DNA from: Sphingomonadales bacterium
Lineage (GTDB): Bacteria; Pseudomonadota; Alphaproteobacteria; Sphingomonadales; Sphingomonadaceae
Assembly: GCA_027486895.1 (NCBI GenBank)
Contig: JAIXOE010000028.1
Span: 25,437 to 89,436, forward strand
DNA length: 64,000 bases
Direction of reading: 5' to 3'
Shown: piece by piece, positions 21,504 to 34,348 of the stretch
Layout of the letters: every line of letters starts with the position of its first letter
Position numbering within the stretch: position 1 is the stretch's first letter
Translations under genes and position numbers: made by a program
Notes under the pieces: generated by a model
Told to the model about the DNA's origin: nothing
Database searches by the model: none
The model's input: the letters and a program-made list of their open reading frames with translations, nothing else

Positions 21504-21590
21504 GTGTCTTTGTCATGCTTGACAAAGACCACGAAACCCATCAAAGGCGGCGCTCCAAACGGGCCTGCGCATCTGGCCAGCCCGAAATGG

Positions 21591-21666
<76 letters not shown>

Positions 21667-21724
21667 TTCAAGTCATTTATCACTTTGTTTTCAAAAGAAT
21701 AAATGGTCTGTCCAAAAAACTGCG

Positions 21725-21745
21725 CCCACATTCGTTCCCACATTT
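21725..21745 (+). repeat. Putative integrase arm-type sites, left end
   Basis: CCCACA-N6-CCCACATTT (12-bp period), repeated at 48329-48349. Confidence 0.7.
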
Positions 21746-21814
21746 TGATTTGGACATACTGGGCGGTGCTGGGTCTCGATGGAACCGAACATCGGATGAC
21801 ATGCTGCTTGACTG

Positions 21815-22618
21815 TTAATTGCGAGACTCGCTCCCCGCCCGAATCCTGACCGTGCAACGCACCGGCTGCTTCGCGTTCGCAGCAGATTTTTGACAAGCCT
21901 CGATTGCGTCTCGATTATCGCGCAGCAAATCGGCTGCCCGCTCAAGCGCATTCAAAGCCTGAGGGCTTTCGGTCCGCATCAGGCGCGTGCCTGCATCCCA
22001 GCGCGACGATTCGCCGACCATCCTCGCCGCCATTCGCTCGGGCCAGTGCCAACTCTCCGGCACGGAACGGGCGATAGTTCCGGGAAGGAACGACCAAAGC
22101 AGGATGCCGCCAAGCATTCCGCCTCCGACTGCCTGAAACACCGTGCGGCGTTGGTCCGCGCGGGTGCGGGCGTGGGCGGTGACACCGCGCATTTCCTGTG
22201 TCGCTTGCCGAAGCTCATTATATGCGTCGTTGATCCGCGTTTGATCGCCGCGCCGGGCCGCGTCCGCTGCGGCTTCGATCCGCCTACCAAAGCTATCGGG
22301 CGTCACCTGCATGGCCGGGTGTTCCTCGATGCAATCGAGATTCTCCGCCATCTCTTCGAGCCGCTTTGTCATCTCAGTCAGAGTCGCGCCATAGTCAGGG
22401 ATAACGATGTCCGCTCGCTCGGCGGCAAGATGCTGGACCGCGCGCCGCATGAGGGCCAGTTCGCCTTCAAGCCGCGCGAACGCTTCGGCAGCAGGATCGC
22501 TTTCGACCTTGGCGAGCCTAGGTTTGGCCTTGCGCTTTGGTCTGGGCTTGGGCTTGGCCTCCGCTTCGGCCTCCTCCTCAATGTCCAGCGTCACTTCTTC
22601 GGTATCGGCATTATCCAT
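21815..22618 (-). CDS. DUF6118-like protein downstream of traA
   Basis: AFARLEGELALMRRAV..IPDYGATL and PESWHWPERMAA; typical position in sphingomonad elements (recalled, not searched). Confidence 0.7.
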   Translation of the reverse strand: MDNADTEEVTLDIEEEAEAEAKPKPRPKRKAKPRLAKVESDPAAEAFARLEGELALMRRAVQHLAAERADIVIPDYGATLTEMTKRLEEMAENLDCIEEHPAMQVTPDSFGRRIEAAADAARRGDQTRINDAYNELRQATQEMRGVTAHARTRADQRRTVFQAVGGGMLGGILLWSFLPGTIARSVPESWHWPERMAARMVGESSRWDAGTRLMRTESPQALNALERAADLLRDNRDAIEACQKSAANAKQPVRCTVRIRAGSESRN

Positions 22619-22628
22619 TTCACTTCTC

Positions 22629-25514
22629 CTAAAGGCTCATTCCAATCGAGCGGGTCCGCTCGAACGACACAGACGCGGCAAGGTCGCGCGACAAATCGCG
22701 CCCCATGTCCTTGCCGAGACCAAGTTCCCGCGTCCGGTTGCGCAACAGCGATTCCACCTGTGGATCGCGTTCCAGACCTTTCGCCATGTCGGCCATGCGC
22801 CCCGCGATACGGCCTGCACCATTGTCATTGCCGCTCTGCTGCATCACCGCACGAGCCTGCCCTAGCCGCTGCCAGTCGTTCACGAAGCGGTCGGCTCGCT
22901 GCACAGGATCGGCGCGGATTTCAGACTCAAGCTGCATGGCGCGGATTGTGCCTCGGCTGCGGCCATCGGCTGCTTCGCGGGTGAGTTCAGGCTGTCGCTG
23001 CAAAGCGCTGGCAAGATCGGCGGCGGCATGGGGCCTAATCGCGTCGAGGGTCTTCCCGGCCTTGTCGAGCGCCTCGCGCTGATGAGGTAGCACCGGCAAT
23101 CCTTGCTCGCGCATCTGCGCCATATCGTCGGCGGCACGGGCAAAGCGTTCGACCGCACGGCGCTGGTTCGATAGGTTGGCCTGTTCGGTTGGCAGCGGTT
23201 CCAGCTTCTGCGCCTGCGGGCGGAAGCCCGCAAAGATGGATTTCGCACGCTCGGGCAATTGCCTTGCAATCTCCACAAGTCGTTCACGAAATGTGATCCC
23301 GCGCCGCTCGGCAAATCGCTGCTCGGGGCTGTAGTCGCTCGCCATGTCTTTGCCGCGCTCACGGCTGAGTGTGCGAACAAGCTTTGACTGATCGGCGAAG
23401 TCGTCGCGGCCATAATGCAGATCGACGCGCTGCCGGTGGCGCGACAACGCAACATAGGCACCGTGGCTGTCCATGCCGGGCGTCGCCAGAACATGCGCCC
23501 TGTCCACGGTCATGCCCTGCGCTTTGTGGATCGTGGCGGCGTAACCGTGATCGACATGCGCATAGTCCTTGGTGTCGAACGCGACGCTGCGGCCATCGTC
23601 GGTGCGCACCGCCATGCGCTGTGGCGTAACCTGCTCGACGATACCAAGCGTGCCATTCTTCACGCCAAGCCCGCGCTCGTTGCGGAGAAACATTATGCGG
23701 TCTCCGGACGCAAAGGCGCGTTCACCGCGCTCGGCTTTCACCGAGACATCGCCGCCCAACTCTCCACTCGCGCGCATCTTTCCGCGCGCCGCTTCATTAA
23801 GTTCGCGCACTTCGTCATTGGTGTGGGTGAGAATGATCCGCGTATCAGTTGGGAGAGCCTGACGGTCGCGATCCCAGCGCTCGATCAGGTCACTACGCGC
23901 GGCCTCGCGCGTCTCGGCAACATGCACCATCCCCCGCTCGTCATAAACCTGAACCGCAAGGCCGGGCCGCCCTGTCGCAAGGTGGCGTGTCGCATCCTGC
24001 TGCCAGCCTTTATGCTGGCGTCGCACTTCACTGATTTCGAAACCGCCATGCCGCTCATGGATGGCGCGGAACGCCGCTCCGGCTTCGATAGCCTGCAACT
24101 GTTGCGGGTCACCAACCAGCACGACTTTCGCGCCTGCATCGGCGGCGTGTGACAGGACGCGCTCCATCTGGCGCGTGCCGACCATGCCCGCCTCGTCGAT
24201 TACCAACACGTCGCGCGAAGTCAGTTGTTCGCGGCCCTGTCCCCATTGATATTCAAGGCTGGCAATGGTGCGCGAGGCAATACCCGAACCATGCTCAAGT
24301 CCCTCGGCGGCGATACCAGACAGGGCCGCACCGCGAACGGTGTAGCCCGCACTCTCCCAAGCCTCACGCGCGACGCCGAGCATCGCGCTCTTGCCGGTCC
24401 CGGCATAGCCGACAACGATACTCAGGCCGCGCCCGTCTGTAACATGCTCAAAGGCCGCGCGTTGCTCTCCCGATAGCACCAAGCCGCGCTCCTCGGCGCG
24501 CGTCAAAGCGTTCGCTTGGTCCTTCTCACCAACGCGATGCCGCTCTCGTTCTGCCATCAATTCGGATGCGCGCTGCAACCGCTGCTCGGTCTCGATCATG
24601 GCCCGCGAAGTGAACCGGTCTTCTCCGCGTCCGTCCTTGCCCAGCGCAATCAGGTCGGACGATGCGCGAACTGCACTTAGCGCCGCATCGAACTGCTCCT
24701 TCCCGTCGCTGTGCCGATGTACGAAAATGGCAAGGTCGCGGTTCGTGAAGGTGGCTTGGCTGTGCGTGATCGCATCGAGCGCGACACTGGGATTAGCAAT
24801 GATCCGCTCACCGTTGCGCTGTGCGACGGCGCGGTGTTCTTCGATCCGCTCGGCCTCAAGCCCGCGCTCGCCCATGCGAGAGGCGGCGGGGCCAATCTTG
24901 TCCTGCGGCTCCAGCTGAATGCCTTGCGCTTCTAAACTGCGGTGATCGACGCGGGCGTCGATATCGAGTTCGGCGAGCCGCTGATTAACATGCTCGGCCC
25001 AGCGCTCGCGCCACTGTTCCACCAACTCGGCCTTGTTCCACTCGCGCACCTTCGCGCCGAACCCGTCCTTGCCGACCTCGCGCATGGTCAGCATGACATG
25101 CGCGTGCGGTTTCGCCTGGCCGTCCTTGCCGATATCCCAATGCACGTTGAGATCGGCAATCATGCCCTTTTCAACGAACTCGGTCTTCACAAAGTCGCGG
25201 GCCAGCGCAATGCCTTGGCTCTTGTTCATCTCGCGCGGAATCGCAAACTCGACCTCGCGGGAAAGCTGCGCATCCTTTCGTTTCTCGGCGGCTTCGACCG
25301 CGTTCCAGAGTTTTTCGCGGTCGGCAAACTCGGGCGGCGCGCCCTCGGGCAGCATCACTTCAGAATGAACGACGCCGTCCTTGTTGGTGAAGTCGTGGTA
25401 GCGGTCGAGCCGCTCGTCGTGGAGACGCTCGGCTCCGCGATAGGCCGCTGCCGCCACAGCACTGCGCCCGCTGGCGCGGCTGATGACTTTGACCGAGAGA
25501 TGAAAGATTGCCAT
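22629..25514 (-). CDS. traA: Ti-type conjugative relaxase-helicase TraA (MOBQ)
   Basis: MAIFHLSVKVISR..AAAAYR catalytic Tyr, HWD..PHAH, helicase GYAGTGKS and DEAGM, HGYAATIHKAQG. Confidence 0.95.
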   Translation of the reverse strand: MAIFHLSVKVISRASGRSAVAAAAYRGAERLHDERLDRYHDFTNKDGVVHSEVMLPEGAPPEFADREKLWNAVEAAEKRKDAQLSREVEFAIPREMNKSQGIALARDFVKTEFVEKGMIADLNVHWDIGKDGQAKPHAHVMLTMREVGKDGFGAKVREWNKAELVEQWRERWAEHVNQRLAELDIDARVDHRSLEAQGIQLEPQDKIGPAASRMGERGLEAERIEEHRAVAQRNGERIIANPSVALDAITHSQATFTNRDLAIFVHRHSDGKEQFDAALSAVRASSDLIALGKDGRGEDRFTSRAMIETEQRLQRASELMAERERHRVGEKDQANALTRAEERGLVLSGEQRAAFEHVTDGRGLSIVVGYAGTGKSAMLGVAREAWESAGYTVRGAALSGIAAEGLEHGSGIASRTIASLEYQWGQGREQLTSRDVLVIDEAGMVGTRQMERVLSHAADAGAKVVLVGDPQQLQAIEAGAAFRAIHERHGGFEISEVRRQHKGWQQDATRHLATGRPGLAVQVYDERGMVHVAETREAARSDLIERWDRDRQALPTDTRIILTHTNDEVRELNEAARGKMRASGELGGDVSVKAERGERAFASGDRIMFLRNERGLGVKNGTLGIVEQVTPQRMAVRTDDGRSVAFDTKDYAHVDHGYAATIHKAQGMTVDRAHVLATPGMDSHGAYVALSRHRQRVDLHYGRDDFADQSKLVRTLSRERGKDMASDYSPEQRFAERRGITFRERLVEIARQLPERAKSIFAGFRPQAQKLEPLPTEQANLSNQRRAVERFARAADDMAQMREQGLPVLPHQREALDKAGKTLDAIRPHAAADLASALQRQPELTREAADGRSRGTIRAMQLESEIRADPVQRADRFVNDWQRLGQARAVMQQSGNDNGAGRIAGRMADMAKGLERDPQVESLLRNRTRELGLGKDMGRDLSRDLAASVSFERTRSIGMSL

Positions 25515-25543
25515 GATGGCAATCCATCTACGCCATCAAAGCC

Positions 25544-25574
25544 ACGTCGGCACGACGTATAAGCGCGCCCTCCC
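25544..25574 (+). other. oriT (MOBQ nic site, predicted nick 25567^25568)
   Basis: ACGTCG-gca-CGACGT inverted repeat followed by ATAAGCGCG^CCCTCCC, matching RSF1010/Ti-type nic sites; lies between divergent traA and traC/D. Confidence 0.85.
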
Positions 25575-25686
25575 ATGATAAAATCCTGCTCGGGACTAGG
25601 TGGTGTCAGACTGTCTCGACAACTCTGCATCATTAGGAGCGGCGCGATATTATGATGGGTGCATCAACTCTCAACGGAGACAGAAG

Positions 25687-25992
25687 ATGCGCAAACCCCG
25701 TGATATTGATTCGGAACTGAAGGCACTTGCCGAAAGAGCAAAGCAACTCAAAGAGCGCCGTATCCAGCAACTTGGTGAACTGGTGATTGCCACCGGAGCC
25801 GATGCGTTGGACGCAGAAACGCTCGCCGGTGCATTGCTATCCATTGTCGAGACAACCGATGCCGCAAAGAGGGAAAGCTGGCGCAAACGCGGCAATGCCT
25901 TCTTTCAAGGCGCGGCGCGAAAGCGTGGCGAAGGAGCTGAAAACAAGCTGGACGGCGCTCGCACGTTTGACGGCGGCACGGCATCGGCTTGA
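25687..25992 (+). CDS. Conjugal transfer accessory protein (TraC/TraD-like)
   Basis: MRKPRDIDSELKAL..QLGELVIATGAD; divergent from traA across oriT. Confidence 0.75.
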   Translation: MRKPRDIDSELKALAERAKQLKERRIQQLGELVIATGADALDAETLAGALLSIVETTDAAKRESWRKRGNAFFQGAARKRGEGAENKLDGARTFDGGTASA

Positions 25993-26014
25993 GGCAGCAA
26001 AGGCACGAACAGAC

Positions 26015-26242
26015 ATGCGTGAATGGCAAATCAAAAGACGCGAGCGCACGCGCCAGCTTATCGAGCTGGGCGGTCTCGTTGTGAAAGCCGAACTGGTTGA
26101 ACTGACCGACGATGATCGCGCGACACTCTACGGCGCGTTCCTCACCGTCGCTGCCAAGTTGCAGAGTGATGAGCGCGAACAGGCGCTCATGCATTGGAAG
26201 CGTAAGGGCAAACGAGCGTTTGAGGCGGAAAGCGAAACCTGA
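26015..26242 (+). CDS. traD: Conjugal transfer protein TraD (Ti type)
   Basis: RRERTRQLIELGGLVVKA motif. ATG at 26015. Confidence 0.8.
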   Translation: MREWQIKRRERTRQLIELGGLVVKAELVELTDDDRATLYGAFLTVAAKLQSDEREQALMHWKRKGKRAFEAESET

Positions 26243-26267
26243 AGGCGGCGGCACTTGGCCGCCGCCT
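26243..26267. terminator. Bidirectional hairpin between traD and ssb
   Basis: Perfect 10-bp inverted repeat AGGCGGCGGC / GCCGCCGCCT. Confidence 0.6.
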
Positions 26268-26273
26268 CTTGGG

Positions 26274-26609
26274 TCAGCCGCGTTCGTCGTCGGTAGGCTT
26301 GCCGCTCGCTTTGGCAAGGATTGCGAAACCGTCGGCGATCATGTCCACACCATAGCGAGTCGTGCTTTTGGCTTCGTAGCTGGTTTGGCGAACGCGTCCG
26401 GTGATGCGAACGAGATCGCCTTTGTCTGCCTTGACGAGACGGTCACGCAGCTTGCCAAAAAGCGTAACGCGGTTCCAGTGCGGGTCGGTCTTCCATTCGT
26501 CGCCATCGCGGCGATTATAGTTTGCAGCAACCGACAGGTGCGTGACGTCCTTGGCTTCGTCGATCTTGCCAATCCGTCCTATGATGTGAAATTCAGCGAT
26601 ATTCTGCAC
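26274..26609 (-). CDS. ssb: Single-stranded DNA-binding protein
   Basis: OB-fold motifs IIGRIG, WNRVTLFG, KGDLVRITGRVRQTSY. GTG start with a GGAG SD. Confidence 0.85.
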   Translation of the reverse strand: MQNIAEFHIIGRIGKIDEAKDVTHLSVAANYNRRDGDEWKTDPHWNRVTLFGKLRDRLVKADKGDLVRITGRVRQTSYEAKSTTRYGVDMIADGFAILAKASGKPTDDERG

Positions 26610-26618
26610 GTGACTTCT

Positions 26619-26808
26619 CCTGATCGCGTCAGGCGAAATGTCCTGACGGACATTAAAGGGCCGCGCGCTGCCCGCGCGCAAGCCAAAAAACGGAGGCTCC
26701 ATCCATGGAAACCGTAGGCGCATCGCGCCGGTTTTTTGCTTGCGGGCACAAGGGCGGCGCTGAGCGGCCAAACGTCCGTCGATCAAGGACATTCCTAACG
26801 CGGTCAGG
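26619..26808. promoter_or_regulatory. ~190-nt imperfect hairpin upstream of ssb (candidate single-strand promoter)
   Basis: Nested complementary arms (detailed in findings); minus strand reads TTGCGC-N18-TTTAAT within the left arm. Confidence 0.55.
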
Positions 26809-26861
26809 CGGAAAGCAATGACGTCGCTCGTCGCCTATCCGTCACTGGACTTTGGCTTGGG

Positions 26862-27782
26862 TCAGCGATGCAAACTCTCCTCATCGCCACACGGTTCGGT
26901 TTCGGTCTGGATTGTCGCATGATGAATGTTGAACTTGCTTTCGAGCATTTCAGCAAGAGCGCGTCGTATTGCTTCTGCATTGCCGCCTTCGGCTAATGCG
27001 ACATGGGCGGTCAGGCTCGCGTCGTCACCGGCAACCGACCATAAATGAAAATCATGAACGCCGGTAACGCCCTCGACTTCATTAATCGCCGAACGGATCG
27101 TTTGGAGGTCAAACCCGCGCGGCACGCCTTGCAGCAAAATATGCGTGGTATCGCGCAGCAAGGTCCAAGTGCGCGGCAGCACCCATAGGCCGATGGCGAT
27201 GGCAACGATGGGGTCGATCCAGTTTAGCTTCGTCACGTAAATCGCAATCGCCGCTCCGATCACGCCAATCGAACCGAGCATGTCGGCCCAGACTTCGAGA
27301 TAGGCACCCTTCACATTGAGGCTGTCATCTTTGCCGCCTGCAAGGATACGCATCGAAATAAGATTCACGATCAAGCCAAGGCTGGCAACTATGAGCATTC
27401 CCACAGACTCAACGGGCCTTGGGTCGAAAAAGCGCTGAACACCCTCAATCAACACATAGCCCGCGACCGCAAAGAGCAGAATGGCGTTGAAGGCGGCAGC
27501 CAGAATTTCAAAGCGACGATAGCCAAAGGTGCGTTTGTCGTCGGGCGGGCGCTGACCGATCTTTACCGCAGCAAGCGCAATGGCGAGCGCGGCGCTGTCG
27601 GTAAACATATGCGCCGCGTCGGAAAGCAACGCGAGGCTGTCAAATACAAACGCGCCAATTAACTCGGCGATTAGGAACGCCGTTGTTAGCCCGAGCGCGA
27701 TGGCGAGCCTTTTTGTGCTCGCTCCGGCACCGTGGTTATGTCCGGCATGACCGTCGCCGCCGTGATCGTGTGTCGCGCTCAT
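26862..27782 (-). CDS. czcD: CDF family Co/Zn/Cd transporter
   Basis: His-rich N-terminus, LSDAAHMFTD, RTFGYRRFEILAA, YLEVWADML, HDFHLW and HATIQTE. Confidence 0.9.
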   Translation of the reverse strand: MSATHDHGGDGHAGHNHGAGASTKRLAIALGLTTAFLIAELIGAFVFDSLALLSDAAHMFTDSAALAIALAAVKIGQRPPDDKRTFGYRRFEILAAAFNAILLFAVAGYVLIEGVQRFFDPRPVESVGMLIVASLGLIVNLISMRILAGGKDDSLNVKGAYLEVWADMLGSIGVIGAAIAIYVTKLNWIDPIVAIAIGLWVLPRTWTLLRDTTHILLQGVPRGFDLQTIRSAINEVEGVTGVHDFHLWSVAGDDASLTAHVALAEGGNAEAIRRALAEMLESKFNIHHATIQTETEPCGDEESLHR

Positions 27783-27839
27783 ATCAATGTGCCGCCTGTC
27801 CAATGAGTGCTTTTAACAAACCATGTTTCCTCTCCGCCG

Positions 27840-28220
27840 TTAGTGATTGTCATGCGTGCCATCGGCTTTCGTGGTTGTTTGCTTGCCGTTCTTCGCCAGC
27901 CACGCCTTCATCTGCGCGATCTCGGCTTCCTGCGCGGCAATCACTTCCTCGGCGAGCTTGCGAACTTCCGCGTCCTTGCCATGTTCGAGCGCCACCTTCG
28001 CCATTGCGACCGCGCCCTCGTGGTGCGGGATCATGCTGCGCATAAAATCGACATCGGCGTTGCCAGTGAGTGCAATGCCCATATCCTTGTGCATCTTGTC
28101 ATTCGCAGCCTTGAAAGCGGCAGTCGCAGGGCTGTTGGTCGATGCCGGAGCTTCGGCCTCCTTGTTCGCGGGCGAACAAGCGGCGGCGGCAATTGTGGCG
28201 ACCAAAATCAGTTTCTTCAT
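27840..28220 (-). CDS. DUF305 (CopM-like) metal-binding lipoprotein
   Basis: Lipobox AAAC and [17 protein letters not shown]. Start moved to ATG 28220. Confidence 0.85.
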   Translation of the reverse strand: MKKLILVATIAAAACSPANKEAEAPASTNSPATAAFKAANDKMHKDMGIALTGNADVDFMRSMIPHHEGAVAMAKVALEHGKDAEVRKLAEEVIAAQEAEIAQMKAWLAKNGKQTTTKADGTHDNH

Positions 28221-28236
28221 TTCGGATTCCTTTCGA

Positions 28237-31425
<3,189 letters not shown>

Positions 31426-32664
31426 TCAATGGTCATGGCTCGCGCCCGACTTTTCGATGTCGGCGCGAATGAGAAATGCTCCCTTGGCGGCATAAGGCGT
31501 GCTGGGCTTGATGCCCGAAAGCACCTCGGTCCATTCGGGCGACTTGCGCCCGAGTTCCAACATGCGGACCTCGTAATCTTGACCGTAATTGGCAAAGACC
31601 ACCGTGAAGTCGCGGAAGCGTTGCAATGCTTCGGTGCGCACCGCTAGCGGCACCTGTACCGCGTTGATCGTCACACGGCCACGAAGCGCCATACCGGGAC
31701 GCAACCGTCCACCTCGATTGGGGACCGACGCCCGGACAAGCGCAGTGCCTGCTTCTGCATTGCCGTCGGGCAGATATTGGCCCAGCCGTGCCGCCGCGAT
31801 TGCGGTGCCTTCCATCGTTTCGATCTGCACGGCCATGCCGGGCTGGATTGCGCCCAAATCCTTGGGGAAGATGTTGAACACGACCGTCGTCTGCGCAGGG
31901 TCGGTGATGACATAGAGTGCGCGGTCGAAGGTCACATCGCCGGGGTTGCCATTGCGTTCGGCAACGACGCCGCTGACGGTCGAATAGACCGGATAGACTT
32001 GCAAGGACTCGCTCGACTCGATCCGCGCCAGCAATTGACCGCGCTTCACAGTGTCTCCGACCTGTTTTGTGACCGAGACAATCCGCCCCGGAAACTGGCC
32101 GCGAATCTCCGACCTTGCGGTCGTCGCCAACTGGACTGTCCCGTATAGCTCGCGCGTCTCACCGATGGTCGCAGGCCCCACAGTTTCAATCTCGATCCCG
32201 CCCGCCTTGGCAGCGTCAGCGGTAATCCGTGTGCGGCCTTCGGGGCTAGCATAACGCCAGACATGGCGTTTACCGTTCTCGACCGCGACAACTTCGACAT
32301 CGAAGCTGTGCGGTTCCTCGACCACGCCTTGACCAGTCAGATAGTCCTTCTCGGCCTTGAACGGGAACGTGTTGACCTCACCGCCCAGCCGCTTGAGCGT
32401 CACCGTCAGCTGCACGGTCTTTGCATCGACTGGTTTGCCGTCCTTTGTCGGATATATCCGGAACTGCGGCGGCACACCGTCCTCGAAGATGGTCATTTCA
32501 ACCGCGAAGTCGCCGTCCTTCAAAAGTCGGCCGTTGTGCGGCCCCTTCGCTGGTTCACCTTCCTCGCCATGCTCCTCGGCGGGCTCGCGGCTGCTACCGC
32601 AGGCTGCCAAGGGCGTGATGATAAAAAGCGCGACGGCAAGCCGCTTTATGATTGTCTTTTTCAT
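31426..32664 (-). CDS. czcB: RND periplasmic adaptor subunit
   Basis: Lipoprotein signal, GPHNGRLL N-terminal domain, lipoyl-like GDTVKRGQLL, ends SGASHDH. Confidence 0.9.
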   Translation of the reverse strand: MKKTIIKRLAVALFIITPLAACGSSREPAEEHGEEGEPAKGPHNGRLLKDGDFAVEMTIFEDGVPPQFRIYPTKDGKPVDAKTVQLTVTLKRLGGEVNTFPFKAEKDYLTGQGVVEEPHSFDVEVVAVENGKRHVWRYASPEGRTRITADAAKAGGIEIETVGPATIGETRELYGTVQLATTARSEIRGQFPGRIVSVTKQVGDTVKRGQLLARIESSESLQVYPVYSTVSGVVAERNGNPGDVTFDRALYVITDPAQTTVVFNIFPKDLGAIQPGMAVQIETMEGTAIAAARLGQYLPDGNAEAGTALVRASVPNRGGRLRPGMALRGRVTINAVQVPLAVRTEALQRFRDFTVVFANYGQDYEVRMLELGRKSPEWTEVLSGIKPSTPYAAKGAFLIRADIEKSGASHDH

Positions 32665-33899
32665 GGATTAGTCCCCCTGTCGGCAGCGGCGTCAAAGCGT
32701 CCGGTCAGCCGGTCAATTTCTGTTTGAAGGTCACGGTAGCGGATGACCGCATCGAGCCATTCGGCCTGCGCCTGAATGATCGCGTCGGCTGCACCCTGCA
32801 TGTCGCGGAAATTGAAGCCGCCGCGCGCATAGCCTTCGCGCACCTGCCGGAGCGCCTTGGTCGTCTGCGGATAGACTTCAAGGACGATGGCGTCGGCGCG
32901 GGCACGTGCGGCGTCGGCTTCGGCCCCAAGGCTAGCAAGACGGCGGAGCCGGTCAAGCCTTTGCCCTTCGGCGGTAAGCTCGATCCGAAGCTTCTCGGCT
33001 TGCGCCCGTGCGATATTGCCCTGATTGCGGTCGAAGCGTCCCAGCGGGATAGTCACGCCCGCAACCACCGCGACATCATTGGTCCCGCGAAGGAAGCGTG
33101 CGCCGCCGCTGAGCGTGTAATCCTGTCGCGTCCGAGTCTGTTCAACCGCCACTGCCGCCGAAGCCCGCGCAGCTGCTGCCTGAGCAAGCTCAGCGTCGGC
33201 AACCGCAAGCTGCCGTGCCGCTGGTATGCCGGATAACACCTCGCCCTCAGTCTCAACTTCTTCGGCTCTGCCATTCCAGAACGCAGCAAGTGCCGCGCGC
33301 GCGCCTTCGCGCCTCGCTTGCGCCTCGGTCAGATTGAGCCGCGCTTGCGTCACCCGCGCCGACGCGCTCGTCTCGACGAACAGCGGATCTTTATATCCGC
33401 GCACACGGCGCAATGCTTCCCGCTGCATTTCGACTTCGACACCAAGCCGCGTTTCCGCGATCTCGACAACATAGCCTGCGATCACAACGTCGAGAAACGC
33501 ACGCTGGACGGCGCTGACAAGTTCAAGCCGTGCGACCCGCGACGATGCTTGGGCAACGCCGATGTCACGTTCTGCATAGGCAACACGCGCGTCCCGTTTG
33601 CCACCGCGTTCAATCGTCTGGCTATAGGTGCCAGTGATCTCAGCTTGGCCAAAGACATTATAGGGTCCGCTGCCGATAAGGTTTTCGCCTTCGACGGTGA
33701 CGGTTGGGTTGGGGCGGACGCCCGCTTGGACTCGGCCAGCTTGTGCGGCAGCGACCGCCGCCTCATTGGCGCGGATCGACGGCGCGGCCTCAATGGCCTT
33801 GGCAATGGCTTCATCCAGCGTGAACGGCTCCGCAAAGGCAGCCGTAGCCGGAATGGCCAGCGCCGCCGCCAGCAAGGCGGTGCGCAATTTGGGAAACAT
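32661..33899 (-). CDS. czcC: TolC family outer-membrane factor
   Basis: Signal peptide, RPNPT, IERGGKR, IPLGRFDRNQGNI; first gene of the CBA cluster. Confidence 0.9.
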   Translation of the reverse strand: MFPKLRTALLAAALAIPATAAFAEPFTLDEAIAKAIEAAPSIRANEAAVAAAQAGRVQAGVRPNPTVTVEGENLIGSGPYNVFGQAEITGTYSQTIERGGKRDARVAYAERDIGVAQASSRVARLELVSAVQRAFLDVVIAGYVVEIAETRLGVEVEMQREALRRVRGYKDPLFVETSASARVTQARLNLTEAQARREGARAALAAFWNGRAEEVETEGEVLSGIPAARQLAVADAELAQAAAARASAAVAVEQTRTRQDYTLSGGARFLRGTNDVAVVAGVTIPLGRFDRNQGNIARAQAEKLRIELTAEGQRLDRLRRLASLGAEADAARARADAIVLEVYPQTTKALRQVREGYARGGFNFRDMQGAADAIIQAQAEWLDAVIRYRDLQTEIDRLTGRFDAAADRGTNP

Positions 33900-33908
33900 A
33901 TTAAAACT

Positions 33909-33970
33909 CCTGAACCGGATGACACGTTAAAGGGTCGGGCGCGACGCCCGCCCTAACGGCGCGGTTCAGG
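33909..33970 (-). promoter_or_regulatory. SD-sequestering mRNA hairpin upstream of czcC
   Basis: CCTGAACCG / CGGTTCAGG 9-bp perfect stem linking the upstream ORF stop to the czcC SD, with an inner GC-rich hairpin at 33932-33953. Confidence 0.65.
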
Positions 33971-34304
33971 CAGAGGGTGGTTCGGTGGGGGGTGCCTGAC
34001 TGAAAGAGGTCAGCGGGTTTGCACGGTGGAATGACAACAGCGCCTTCGCGGAGGCCGCAACGAGCGCAATGTCAGTCGTCCGTGCGTCCAGCGCGGTCGG
34101 GCAGTGATGATGGTGAAGGCTTTCACCCGCACCTTCATGCGAGGGTGCTTCGTCGCCGTGATAGTCAGTCATCGCGTCATGACCAAAGCTAACGCCGTGT
34201 TCTGTGTGATGGCTTGCCGGTTCCTCATGTGCGACCGCAGGCGCATGGATCGTGCTTGCGACAAGCGCGAAAACAAGAATCAAGCGGGCGAGCAAATACT
34301 TCAC
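33966..34304 (-). CDS. Small secreted His-rich protein ending PPTEPPSA (CzcI-like / leader candidate)
   Basis: GTG start with a GAGGA SD, signal peptide, HHHHC at residues 64-68, C-terminal proline motif. Confidence 0.7.
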   Translation of the reverse strand: MKYLLARLILVFALVASTIHAPAVAHEEPASHHTEHGVSFGHDAMTDYHGDEAPSHEGAGESLHHHHCPTALDARTTDIALVAASAKALLSFHRANPLTSFSQAPPTEPPSA

Positions 34305-34348
34305 AAGTCCTCGCTTAGTCGTGGCTCCCGGTTTGGGCAAATAGTTCG

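Noticed and set aside
21890-25562. Long plus-strand ORFs (21890-22984, 23415-24152, 24942-25562)
   Set aside because: Antisense shadows of traA and the DUF6118-like gene, as expected in GC-rich DNA.
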